Assembly (NCBI GenBank): GCA_040954595.2
Contig: CM082583.2
Coordinates: forward strand, 2,056,925 to 2,120,924
Length of the DNA: 64,000 bases
Source of the DNA: Balanoglossus misakiensis
Lineage: Eukaryota > Animalia > Hemichordata
Reading direction: 5' to 3'
Part shown: positions 1 through 11,664 of the stretch, one piece after another
Numbering within the stretch: position 1 is the stretch's first letter
How the letters are laid out: each line of letters opens with the position of its first letter
Made by a program: the position numbers and the translations under genes
Notes under the pieces: model-generated
Seen by the model: the letters and a program-made list of their open reading frames with translations, nothing else
The model's database searches: none
What the model was told of the DNA's origin: nothing

Positions 1-520
1 GAGGTCACCGGGGAGCTTTCCAAAGCGGCCGCGTGGAGCTGCTTCAGTCCGTCCTCGACGCGAAACACCCAAAATTGGAAGATCCCGACTTGGACTCGGA
101 GAATGAACCACTCAAAAATTCCGGTAGACAAAGGCATGATTGCCACGATTAAGATAGATGTATTTACGTGCGTCCGTCCGTCGACGTCAAAGTATTAAAT
201 GCATGGGTGGGATCGACCATTTACCAATGTCCCGGTTAAACGGGATGTTTTGTCTGCGCCCATGGTGTCCCGATTAAACGGCGGCGACTGTAATATGTTT
301 TCTGTATTTGATTTATGGGTAAAAAACTTTTTATTATTTGACGGTGAAATTTTTGGCCATGTTATTTGCATCATTATTCACCCCTTCCTCGTGTCCCTAG
401 GCCCTCATTTGCATAAATGTCGAGGTTGCGTCCGGGCTAAAGCCCCCCCCCCCCCCCCCCCCCTGATTTTTCGCTAATCTATGGGCCCAGCACCCGGGGC
501 TCTTACCCGGGCAAGTACGG

Positions 521-1524
521 TACACACAAATTATTCATTAAATAATCTTATTTAAATAACTCGAAAAATATAAAATGAATAAGTACAACCATTGAAAGAT
601 TCTTTTGTCTAACGGTGACCAATTAAACGACCAACAGAAAATACAACATTCCACCAAAAGATAATAGACTGACAATTAATAGTACTGGGATTTGCATGCA
701 ATAATTCTATAGCTAGCGTTAAAGTTTTCAAGGAACAGTCACGTATTACCTCACAATATTGTCCTGACGAGTTAGAAGAAGAAAAACTCCATGAAATTTC
801 CAGCTCGAGGGTGGCGTAATCGGGGATCCATAAATAAGGGCAAATTCAAGTTCTCGAAATTCTAGAATAGACCACACAGAATACCCAAAGACCGGATCCA
901 GGACGCCGGGTTCACATGTGGTGTACTCACGGAACTTCAATGCTCCAAGAACACTACTTTCTTGAAAGACCGCTGGAACATACGACAAGAATCCTTGATG
1001 ATGGTGACGGGACGACATGTAAGGTAGTAAAGCACGAGGTCGGATGGAAACTGGTCAATGTGGCCGGAGACAACGCGTGGCATAGTAACCTTTTAGAAAT
1101 AACGGCGAGGCAACGTGGCAATGTACGTTTTTTATACGACTAAAATACATAATTAATTAACACCTGGATATGCGGTGTGTTGAACAAAGGAATAAAAGTG
1201 AGGTTGACCTGGTCATTGAACCATTGGACACATGGACAACATAACACGCTAAAAAAGCAAAACAAAACAGAACACTATTTACTTGATAACAAATCATGGC
1301 TTACACTTAGTTTTCTAGTTGCTGAATACGAGAAATGACTTAAAAATCTAAACACATGAAGCAAATCTAGCCATATGCGTAACTTTCGGAAAATGTACAG
1401 GACGTAAGACAGAAATTGGTACATAAAAACAAAAGCACAATTTGTTCGACGCTTGTGGTCTTCCTGCGCTTGGCGCACAGTGCGCCCTCATGCGACCGAA
1501 TCGAATCATGGGAATGGGAACATG
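521..1524. repeat. ~1-kb near-identical dispersed direct repeat, copy 1 (copy 2 at 59661-60642)
   Basis: Sequence from tacacacaaattattc to gggaacatg recurs at 59661-60642 with a few SNPs and one ~22-bp indel; the ORF track shows the same short ORFs in both copies. Confidence 0.95.
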
Positions 1525-1787
1525 GTGACTGTCGCTTATTTTGGTCTAACGTAACCATGGTTTCCTGTCGTGAAACCTTATGTTCTACACATTGTTGTTC
1601 GTGGGAGTGGCATCAGTTTGCGTTCAGGTGAGAATTGTTTGCTCTGCCTCCGCGTATGATTCGAAAAACGCGTTTACAAAGCAAAACGGATATCGATACT
1701 TCCGGTTTGTAATGTGCGATCGCTTATACACGGCTAGCTCTGCGTATGTTTCAAGTCTCTGTGTTCGGATCAATCATTACCTCATTA

Positions 1788-2284
1788 GGGACTGGTCAGT
1801 TTCTTCAGCATGGGGGATTGATTCTATGTTGTGGATATCAAAAGTGAGTGACACCCCCTCCCATGTCAACTTTCACAAACTGTAATTATCCCCCCCCCCC
1901 AGCGATTTTGTGATTTGTTTGTAAAATTCAGAGCTCAAAGCTGAATTTTAATGAACTCAAAAGCAAATCAACTCAACAATGTTGGGGAGGGCAAATTTTA
2001 CCTTTGCCCCCAAACTCAACATATGTAGGGGGGGGGGGCAAAAACCCTGCTCTGTACTGCCTGCTAAAGAATCAGGGGGGTGGGTGTCCCCTCCCACATT
2101 AGATAATTTTCTAATTTAGGAGCTCGAAACTGTATTTTTGTGGACTCAAAAGCAATGTTTAGTCCCTAATTCAACATTTCCAAAACAAGGTGAGCCCCCC
2201 CCCCCCTCTCATCACCCAATTCCAAAACAGGGTGACCCCTCCCCCCCCCCCAGGCTGAAGAACCGACCAGTCCAGTCCAGTCCC
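1788..2284. mobile_element. PIF/Harbinger-like MITE
   Basis: TIRs GGGACTGGTCAGTTTCTTCAGC ... GCTGAAGAACCGACCAGTCC(AGTCCAGTCC)C flanked by TTA on both sides (3-bp TSD); no coding capacity. Confidence 0.75.
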
Positions 2285-4036
2285 TTAGTAGGCTCATGAT
2301 TTTAATGTGAAGTTAAAGACAGGTATACATTCTTCAGTATTGTGGAGGAAACCGACAGTTTTGGGGGACCAGACACGGAGTAATTGTAACTGTTTCACCA
2401 GCGAAGACATCAATGTATAGTGCTACAAACATCAAAATGTAGTGACATTTGGACGTCAATAAAATCAGCATTATTTCCCTTCCACCAGACCCAGACCCAG
2501 TTCAACGATGCAAGGTGAAATAGATTGTGTCCATCAAATCCTGACAACAACCAGATGCTTAGTATCTACATAGGAAATGTATTTGCAGAAGAGTGGTGAG
2601 TTTTTGGCTGAGGCCTATGGCCAGCAAATAGTTAAATAATAACACATGTTTTATAACAAGGGCAATATCATGATTTTTAGCCTGCACGCAAGGGGTGGTG
2701 ATCTCTGACCATAATGTTGATGATGCCCAAGCAGAGAGCACCAGCCTGAGGGCAGGCAGGAAATCATGATGTTTCCCGAGCATTTTGAGTTATCCATTTT
2801 CTTACACAGAATATTTGGTACATAAAGCATAGAACATTAAATTTAGAGTTGTGTGTCCAGGTTCGTTAATTTTTGGAGAACTGTAGCTGTAGGCCTACTT
2901 TCAACACCGAGAATTTTGAACAACTGTTGGTTAAAATTCTGATGTGTTTACTATCCATTTGCAGTAAAATATCATCGAACTGAATAGGTTAAGGTGTGTT
3001 GGTCTTTGAAGCCATAGATGCCGGAGATTGAGATTGATTCTAATGACAATTTGTCATGTGCAGAAAAGATGCACACTACAGAACTTGAAAATCATCCCCA
3101 GTAGGCTGTAACCCCTAGCTACCATGTTTTTCTTTATGCTCCCCACACACGGTCTAGTAATTTGGTTTCTATTTTTGAAATTTTTGCAAGTTAAAGGACT
3201 CTAACCGTGGCAGCGTAGGTCAATGCTTACCATGTGATCATGTACATTAGAAGTCATTATACAACCTGATCTACTACTGATTGACTGAATTAATGAGCAG
3301 GGGTGTTGCTCAATATCAGTGACCTTAAGTTGCCATGGCTGGAGTCCTTTGACAAGCAAATAGGAAATGTAGCAAAATTTCAAAGATGGAGACCAAATTG
3401 CTAAACCCTGTGTGGAGCATAGCATAAAAAAACACAGGAGTCTGGATTCTAGACAATAAACTTACAGGAATGCAATTAGTGTACAGTACAGATTTCAATT
3501 TCCCTTCATTGTACATGTACCTGCTGCCCCACAGCAGCAAATCTTTGAACTACAACTGTGCGTTTGATCTCTGATTTTATGCTTTTATTTAAATTTTCTC
3601 TCCAAGGTCATGGTGATATTTGTGGTGACCTTGATTTGTGCTGTGTGTATATATTGGTGAACTTGCTGGCTGTTGACCCATGGTTGTGTATAAAGAGAGG
3701 CTTTCCGAAATCCCAGCCATTGCAGACGGTAGGTTGCAATGAAACTTGTGTTGTTCATTTTCAACAAGGTACATTTTTTTATGTGATCTTGTAAGTGTTG
3801 CTGTTAGATGTTATAGCATCATAAAAGCTAGTTGGAAGGTTGGAGGAAAAATTGCTGACACACTTTTGAAGGATGTTTTATACCAAGATTTGTTAATTTC
3901 AACCAGAAATTGTGCATTGTTTTTGCAAAATGGAGTCAAATAAGATTTTTGTAAGATCCGCAAAAGTGCTGTGTAAAATAACAGCTGTCTACTGTATACG
4001 ATCAGCATCAAGTATATCTGGGCTTTAAGAAAATAT

Positions 4037-4840
4037 TATTATACATCTGGCACCGAGAACAATAGAATTTAGCGTGCGCTAAAAAAGCCGTACGGAACGG
4101 TACGTACGGAACGCATGTTAAATAAGTCTTCAGTTTCAAGGCGCCCCAACTCACCGTGTACAGGTATGCGTTGTTATGCGGACGGTTTCAAGACACCCCC
4201 ACTCCAACGCACGCGCACGTACGTAAACAAAAAAGAAAGATGGCTGCTCACTGAGTCAACTGAGCGGTTTTCGATCGATTGTATCGGCATTTTGGGCGTT
4301 TTGGAAGCCAAGTAACATGCAACACAAGAACTAACGGAGATGTAAGATGTATAATAATAAGGTTATTACGAAAATACCGCAAAGTATGCACTCGGACATT
4401 AGCGCAGCGCATCGCCCTCCGCTACGCGTCGGGCGATACTCGGCGCTAATGTCCTCGTGCATACTTTGCGGTATTTTCGTAATAACCTCATATTATACAT
4501 CTAGTGCCGAGAACAATAGATTTTGGCGTGCAATAAAAAGCCGTACGGAACGGTACGTACGGAACGCGCGTTAAATAAGTCTTTAGTTTCAAGGCACCCC
4601 AACTCACCGTGTACAGGTATGCGTTGTTATGCGGACGGTTTCAAGACACCCCCACTCCAACGCACGCGCACGTACGTAAACAAAAAAGAAAGATGGCTGC
4701 TCACTGAGTCAACTGAGCGGTTTTCGATCGATTGTATTGGCATTTTGGGCGTTTTGGAAGCCAAGTAACATGCAACACAAGAACACAACGGAGATGTAAG
4801 ATGTATAATAATAAGGTTATTACGAAAATACCGCAAAGTA
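4037..4840. repeat. ~350-bp direct duplication (4037-4386, 4491-4840) joined by a ~158-bp palindrome (4345-4502); probable non-autonomous element
   Basis: Duplicated text and duplicated ORF (..CYADGFKTPPL..); arms ggttattacgaaaataccgcaaagtatgcac / gtgcatactttgcggtattttcgtaataacc. Confidence 0.8.
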
Positions 4841-6790
4841 GTTTCTTAAAACTGATGACGTATCTTCCCCACTTCCCTCTTTTGAGGGTCCAGATTATCA
4901 CAGAAAACAATGGATTTGGACAAAACCATGGAGGTGAAAGGGTTTATCTGCACCGCATGGAAGGCTATTCAGTTCCTGAATGAAATATCCATGTTCTTCT
5001 TTTCTCGTTTGTAGGAGATTTTCACTGTCACTCCACGGCGACGGTCTGGAGGTAACTTCTTTCGCTTCGGTTCGGCCCAGCTATACTGGAAACACCAGGT
5101 GCAGGAGCAGAAGAGAAATGTCTTTGACAGACACGCCATGTTTAGTTGAAGAGTTGCACCCTTGTCTTTGATCTGCCATACTCAGTTGAAGGCATGTTCT
5201 TGTGTCTTTCAAAAGAGCAGTAAATTATGGCAGACAGTTTGCTTAGACTTTGATATTGTGTTACCCTGTACTGCTTGTTACTTCCACTGGACATTTCCCA
5301 CAATTCAGTCTGACAATGATTAAGGTTAGGGATGGGGTTTGTTTTCTGACATTTCTGAATTCCACTATGGAATTGTTGTAGCATGAGCATTATGTATTTC
5401 ATGAAACCTGTCCTTTCAGACACCTCCGTAATCAGAACACATCTCAATTTAATAAGGACAGATTGTTCAAGACAAAAGCTACAATTTAAATACCTTTGTA
5501 TTACCTACATGCACCTATCTGTTAAGGGCAGATTTTGTCTTGAAGGTGTCCTTAATAGACATGTGTCACTGTATGTTCAGGTTAAAAGCATCCATTTATT
5601 AGCCAGCATATCTGTGACCTACAAAACAATGCATGCTATTATCTTGTACTCACAGACCCTCAGGGTAAAAAAATGTATGATAAGGCAGAATATATTCTTT
5701 ATTTGAGCAAAAAAGCCACATTGGTGTTCCAAATAAAAACTGCATTGGTATCATTCTAGTTCTGTGATGCTGGTACCTCTGTGTACTATATATTGAATCA
5801 TTCCAAAATCTTCAACCATGCAAACTTAAAACAGATGGAGAAATATATTGGGTTGTCATGTTTTGTGGTATGGCCACATATCTGTATGTAAGTTGTGTAG
5901 TTATTTTTGTGTCGGTCAGTGTCCCTGTACTGGATTGACACAAGTTATATTTGTGATGTCATCACTTGAATGTCAGGTGACAGTGTCTTCCCAGATCTAA
6001 ATGCAAAACTGTGAGTGTTAAAAAAACAAAAGGGTGTTGTCGTTTAGCGACAATCATAGCAAATTGGCTCTTTTGGATTGGATATGGTTTAGTGTTAGGG
6101 TTCTGTATGTTGGAAATGATTGATAATAAATTCATTGGAAGTAATCAATGTACCTTTATAGACTAGAAGACCTAACCAGCACAAATATAGCATGTATATA
6201 TTGTTTCATATTTTGTGTTGATACGTTTCTACTTCTAGAGTTAGTATTGGAGTATATAAATATTTTATCTTGTGAGAAGGGTTTATTTATGTCAGGAATT
6301 TCTGCCATATTACATGTTGTGTTGTAATGATATATTTAAAAAAGCAATATAGTAAAATGAATACTGTGTTTAGATGATGTGTGTTTTTTTCGTATGAAAG
6401 CCCAGAAATGAAATTGTATCAGATACCAAAGTTGATAAATCTGTATCACTTTCCCTGACCATTCAAGCACTGATCGCCTTGGAAACAAGTGAGGAACTTT
6501 GCTGCATTTTAACATGAACATTGGTTTTGCCGGTTGCCTGTATCTAGTCCCCCATACATTTCCATCATGCACTTCACATATTGATATTGGACTTGAATTA
6601 GTTGATATCACAAGAGAAAGTTATTTGCTAAATGAGAATCTGTCACCAGTTCTTTGTAGTCTCCATTGGTTGCTAGTTGACAAAGACTTGACTGCAAATT
6701 TATACAAAGCTATCAACTGTCTTGCCCCAGTCTGCATTCAGGATCTGATCACGCTGTATTATCACAGGGGCGCTACCTCCATGCTTTTAT

Positions 6791-6868
6791 TGTGTGTGTG
6801 TGTGTGTGTGTGTTTGTGTGTGTGTTTGTGTGGGTGTGTGCGCACGCTCGTGTGTGTGTGTGTGTGTT
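6791..6868. repeat. (TG)n microsatellite
   Basis: Imperfect TG run; (CA)n counterpart at ~58640-58730 in the inverted copy. Confidence 0.9.
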
Positions 6869-6996
6869 GTTATTGATTGGCATAATAAAATGTTAGGGTA
6901 TCTTCAAATGTTTGTTTGGTGTTATTGATTGGCACAATAAACATACAATTATGGTCACGTTTGTTTGTTGACATTTTACGGTATATTAAACAGTTA

Positions 6997-8023
6997 GGGA
7001 CCGTTCAGTTTTTACGGCCGGGGAGGGGGGGTCACTTAAATTTAGAAGTCAAAAAGGGGGGGGGGGGTCATCTGTTATTTTTAAACGTTTAGGGGGGGGG
7101 GGGGTCACATACTTTTGCCGCCAAACTTTTGCTTTTGAGTCCACAAAATTGCGGTTTCGCACCCTTTATTTTACAAAATTTTCTAATGTGAGAGTGGCAA
7201 AAAGTAAAATTGGTCCTCCCAAACATTGAGATAATTTGCTTTTGAATTCATTAAAATGCAACTTTGAGCACCATATTTTACAAAATTTTCTTAAGTGGCA
7301 GGGGTCACCCCCTCCCACACCCACCCCTTCATTCTCCGCCACATTTCATTTTTTTCCTGGTTTGTCTAGTGTACCAGGGCAGAGTGCTTGCCACCCCAAC
7401 CCCACGGATGATAATATTTAAACAAGTAAATACATCAAGGAGAATAATCGTTTAAACCATTTCGCATATCTTGATGGTTTCGTGCTGCATCTTCTATATA
7501 CTAGAAGTTTTATAAATGATGTCATGACGAAGATGTCGCCAAATCGTCTAACTTTGAGTGGGTGGTAAAAAGTAAAATTGGTCCTCCCAAACATTGAGAT
7601 AATTTGCTTTTGAGTTCATTAAAATGCAACTTTGCGCTACATATTTTACAAAATTTTCTTTCACGCCCACCCCCGCCACTTTTCTTGTTTTACCAGTTCT
7701 AGCAACTATTGTATTGACTTGTCATTTTATTTTGTTCATAGATTTCTTTATTGCAACGATATATATACGGGTACTTCAATTACTTTAAGAAATTTATCAT
7801 TGAGGTGTTAGGAGCATCATTCCCTTTATTGCATACGGTGTACATAGGATTAGGACGGCGAATGTTTTCAGCACAGGGGGGGGGGCATCATATTTTTGGG
7901 TCTGTCAAAGAGGGGGTCATCATTTTTTGCTCCTGGGTGAAGGGGGGGGGGGTCGGCCTGATTTTGAGAACCGATGACACAAACTTGCCGCCCCCCCCCC
8001 AGCCGTAAAAACTGAACGGTCCC
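6997..8023. mobile_element. PIF/Harbinger-like MITE
   Basis: TIR GGGACCGTTCAGTTTTTACGGC / GCCGTAAAAACTGAACGGTCCC with TTA TSD; absent from the inverted paralogous copy near 58510 (empty site). A partial relative starts at ~15101. Confidence 0.85.
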
Positions 8024-8489
8024 TTAGGTTAGGGTGTATTCAATGGTTAGGATTAGTGTTGGGATATTTTCGTGGAGCACACACAATAAAAGCATACAGG
8101 GAACGCCCCCTGTGGTATTATTAGCCTCGAGATCTAAGTCAAAGAACCAGTTGTGTAGACCAAACAGACTCAAAATATGGTGAACGTGCCTGTATCGTTG
8201 TGCCACAACTTTGAAATTCTCTGGGATCTGCTATTCAACAGGCTTCTGGAATTAACATCTTCAACCAAAAACTCTGTTAATTAAAAGCTTTATATAGCTG
8301 AAAAATTCATGGAAATTTGTTCACATTCTATAATGGTATCTATGATTTGAAGTTTGTTGAAAGTGTTGTAATATTAAACTTAAGCATACAGATTTATGGA
8401 TTTCGCCCAATGCCTTGTCAATATTAGTCAAGCAAATGCACATAGCTTTTCGGATGGCAATTTTTAAGGGGAAGATTTTCTAACATTTA

Positions 8490-9283
8490 GGCTGCATTCA
8501 CAAACACCTCTGGAGGGGGGGGGAATTCAATTTTTTTCACCGCTAATTTTCACACGCCCCCCTTCCGAACTGCCAATATTTTCAAATCCCCCCCCTTCCG
8601 AACTGCCAAAATTTTGAAATCCCCCCCCCCCATTTTCTTTCACAGAGCAAAACACATGACCTATCTTGTAAAAAGAAAAACAGCGCTCCCATGAAAAGAA
8701 TTTGAAACTGATGTTTCCCCTCATCAGTGGGTATTAAAACTGAACATTGTTTTTATTTTTAAGTACATATATTTGTATTCTGTGTTGGGAGACATTGTAA
8801 ACCGAGAATTGAAGGGGGTGGGTTTGGGAGGGGGTGTCCCCCTCCCACGTAAGAAAATTTTCTAAAATACAGAGCTCAAAGCTGCATTTTAATGAACCCG
8901 GCAAAAGCAAATTAACTCAACTACGGGTATGTTGGGGAGGACAAATTTAACCGTCGCCGCTGAAAGTTATCATGGGGTGGGGCAAGTCCCCTGATCTGGG
9001 ACACTAGATAAAGCAGTCAATGATTGAAAGGTGTTGATGAATGGAGGGGGTGGGTGTGGGAGGGGGTGTCCCCCTCCCACATCAGAAAATTTTGTAAAAT
9101 AAAGGGCGCGAAACTGCATTTTTGTGGACTCAAAATAAATATTAAGTCGTTAAAGTTTTCAAGTCCCCCCCTTTCAGTCCCTAAATTATTTCAAATCCCC
9201 CCCTTACATACCCTCAATTTTTTCAAATCCCCCCCTCAATTCTCCTGCCCCCCCCCCCTCCAGAGGTGTTTGTGAATGCAGCC
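8490..9283. mobile_element. PIF/Harbinger-like MITE
   Basis: TIR GGCTGCATTCACAAACACCTCTGGAGG / CCTCCAGAGGTGTTTGTGAATGCAGCC with TTA TSD; empty site at ~58165; second partial copy at 45033-45620. Confidence 0.85.
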
Positions 9284-10623
9284 TTACACTTGTACTCAAG
9301 CACTACAATGCAGAAATCTCCTTTACTCTGGGATGGGTTCAAAAAGAATGCGCACAACACACCGTCTTTTGTTTCTCAGAGCAAGTGACATGGATATGTA
9401 AAGATTGCATCAAAGTCCTTTCAGTCTGTAGTGGGACCGTTCCCCGTATAGACGTCATGGAACAACATGATATGACCACTCCATGATATAACAGACGTAG
9501 CTTCACCGTAACGCCCTCAACGACAGAAGAATATATTCTGTTGTTGTTTTTCGGCGAGAACGTGAACTGCAGTCATGATCGACATACCACTTGTACATTT
9601 TCACCAGGAGAATATCTTCTTTCTGCTGTTTTTTTCCGGTCCGCTGTCAAGACGTTGATGAGGTTCAGCTGGACGTTCAAATGTGCGAACGAATGTAGTT
9701 ATCAACTGCCAGAACTGAAAGCTGATGGCGCCATCTACAACGAAAGATGAAGTTCAGTGTCCATGCTTGTATTACAAAATCCAAAATAAAACAAGATAGC
9801 GATAATCGAACACCTTAGTAGTCATAAACAACGACAGTGTTCTTTAACATGGTTTTCGCATTAAATGTCAGCATATTAAAATCATAACCGAGTTGGGTGC
9901 TCGTGTATACATGTGCCTGTTAAATATATCGAGAAAGTTAAATACTACGTCCATGGGTCTTTTGGATCAGTCAGCTATCATGATACATGTATTTATGGTT
10001 TAGAATGTCACTTGTTGCACGTTACAAAGCTACACTATTCACCATTCATGGACGTTGCGACCATCACATGCGTATGGGTTGGGTTTCCAGTATTTTCTGA
10101 TATGATACAGCATATTTCCACTGATAATTAAAAATACGCGTTGTAAGTTTCACCGTCCGAACAAATGCACAGAGGTCAAAGGTTCGTGATGGCCTCGCGG
10201 CGTGTTTAGGTTCCAGTATCCGTCCAGACCAGAAACCAGAAAAGTTGGTCGCTTGAAAAGACAAGAGATTCAAGTACTTCAAACGCATACCTTTGCGACA
10301 ACAAATTGATTTAGAAGATTTGGTGTACAACCTAAGTATACACCGATAAAATTGTTTTCCACAAAATGTAGAAACGCAACATGTGGACTGATCACTGATG
10401 TGGGTCATTGTATTGTAAAAGAGTCAACCATGACCTATATTTCGATGGCATTGTATCTCAGTATACCTTTTACCCGCAAACGCTACTATTGATCCATGTC
10501 AAGTTTCGTCAAATTTGACGCAAGAACACTAAATTAACAAGATTCACTGCACGAATTAAGATTTTACTCAAATTATTCATAAATTACAAAAATAACATGA
10601 CGGAGCTAAAAGTCTTCTAGTTA

Positions 10624-10877
10624 GGCCAAATAAAAAATATGTTCTGTTCCGATTACCCGACCTACCCTAATTTTAGCCCTCCGACCCAAAACTTTTTAGA
10701 GCTTCGTAAACCGGAAGTAAAACAATGATGCCAAATATACAAAATGTATGAATAGCGAGAATCACGCAAAAACTATGACGCCATTATTCTATACTACGGC
10801 GGCCGAAGATATAACCTACCATATTTTTGAAAACCATGTAATCGGAACGGCACATGTTATTTTTGGGGGAGGGGGCC
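10624..10877. mobile_element. MITE (TTA TSD); related copy at ~35810-36066
   Basis: Imperfect TIRs ggccaaataaaaaatatgttctgttccgattac / gtaatcggaacggcacatgttatttttgg..gcc, flanked by TTA. Confidence 0.6.
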
Positions 10878-11179
10878 TTAGCACATACCGTCGTCAGATA
10901 AGTCTGATAGCCTATACATGTACATCACTGATAAGCAAAGTGTATTACATTTTGAAATTTGCAGTTTACTGATCCGATAGTGCAGCATATGGAGAGGTTA
11001 ATACCGTACGCCGATGAGGCGGACTGAGTGTGTGTACTAAAAAGCTGTCAAAAAAGTTGACATTACACAGTTTTATACCAGTTTACCATGGTCAATGTGT
11101 ACCCGGATTCTAGGGAGTAAGGAAATGACACCGTTTGTGCTCACTAGGCACTGTTAAGGTTGAAGAACTGGTGTGAAAT

Positions 11180-11275
11180 TTGCCTCTCCAGAGGGCGCCG
11201 TCAATGACCTTTGGCTCTTCAGAGATGCGTCTCTGAAAAGCCAAAGGTCATTGACGGCGCCCTCTTGAGAGGCAA
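11180..11275. repeat. Near-perfect ~96-bp palindrome
   Basis: ttgcctctccagagggcgccgtcaatgacctttggctcttcagaga-tgcg-tctctgaaaagccaaaggtcattgacggcgccctcttgagaggcaa. Confidence 0.85.
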
Positions 11276-11664
11276 GTGTGACATCTGACTTCGTTATTCA
11301 TTTTCACTTACAGTACTGAAGTTTACCGACGCCCTTTAAAAAACCCTCAGTTCATAGGCGGAATTGACGTATGCGGAGGCTTAATGAGGCCACAGAAGTA
11401 GTTTTTTTATTTCATACCTGTAATTTTTTTTCATGCCTGTAATAAAAATGTCATACCTGTAATTAAAATTTCATGCCTGTAATTTTTTTTTTTACTTTCG
11501 TGACCTTTGAACCTACAAGATCTGCTCAGCTCAGCTGAGTTCAAGTGTGATATTGCGGTCAAAATTAAGCATAGACCTTTGATATCAACATTCAGGAAGA
11601 GAGTAGAAAATACAAACAGAGGTGTCATAACTTGAGCAGGTTCCAGCGACACAGAGTAAGCTGA

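Larger units (their letters stand above)
6524..9759. repeat. Long dispersed repeat, inverted relative to 57659-58999; interrupted here by two MITEs
   Basis: 6524-6990, 8030-8110, 8280-8480 and 9290-9750 match the reverse complement of 57659-58999; shared ORF text (NENLSPVLCSLH..) appears on opposite strands. Confidence 0.85.

Noticed and set aside
746-1143. Short ORFs in the 1-kb duplicated segment
   Set aside because: No recognisable domain; their identity between copies reflects recent duplication, not selection.
8024-8050. Interstitial telomere (TTAGGG)
   Set aside because: Only one or two imperfect units, within a dispersed repeat (also at ~58502).
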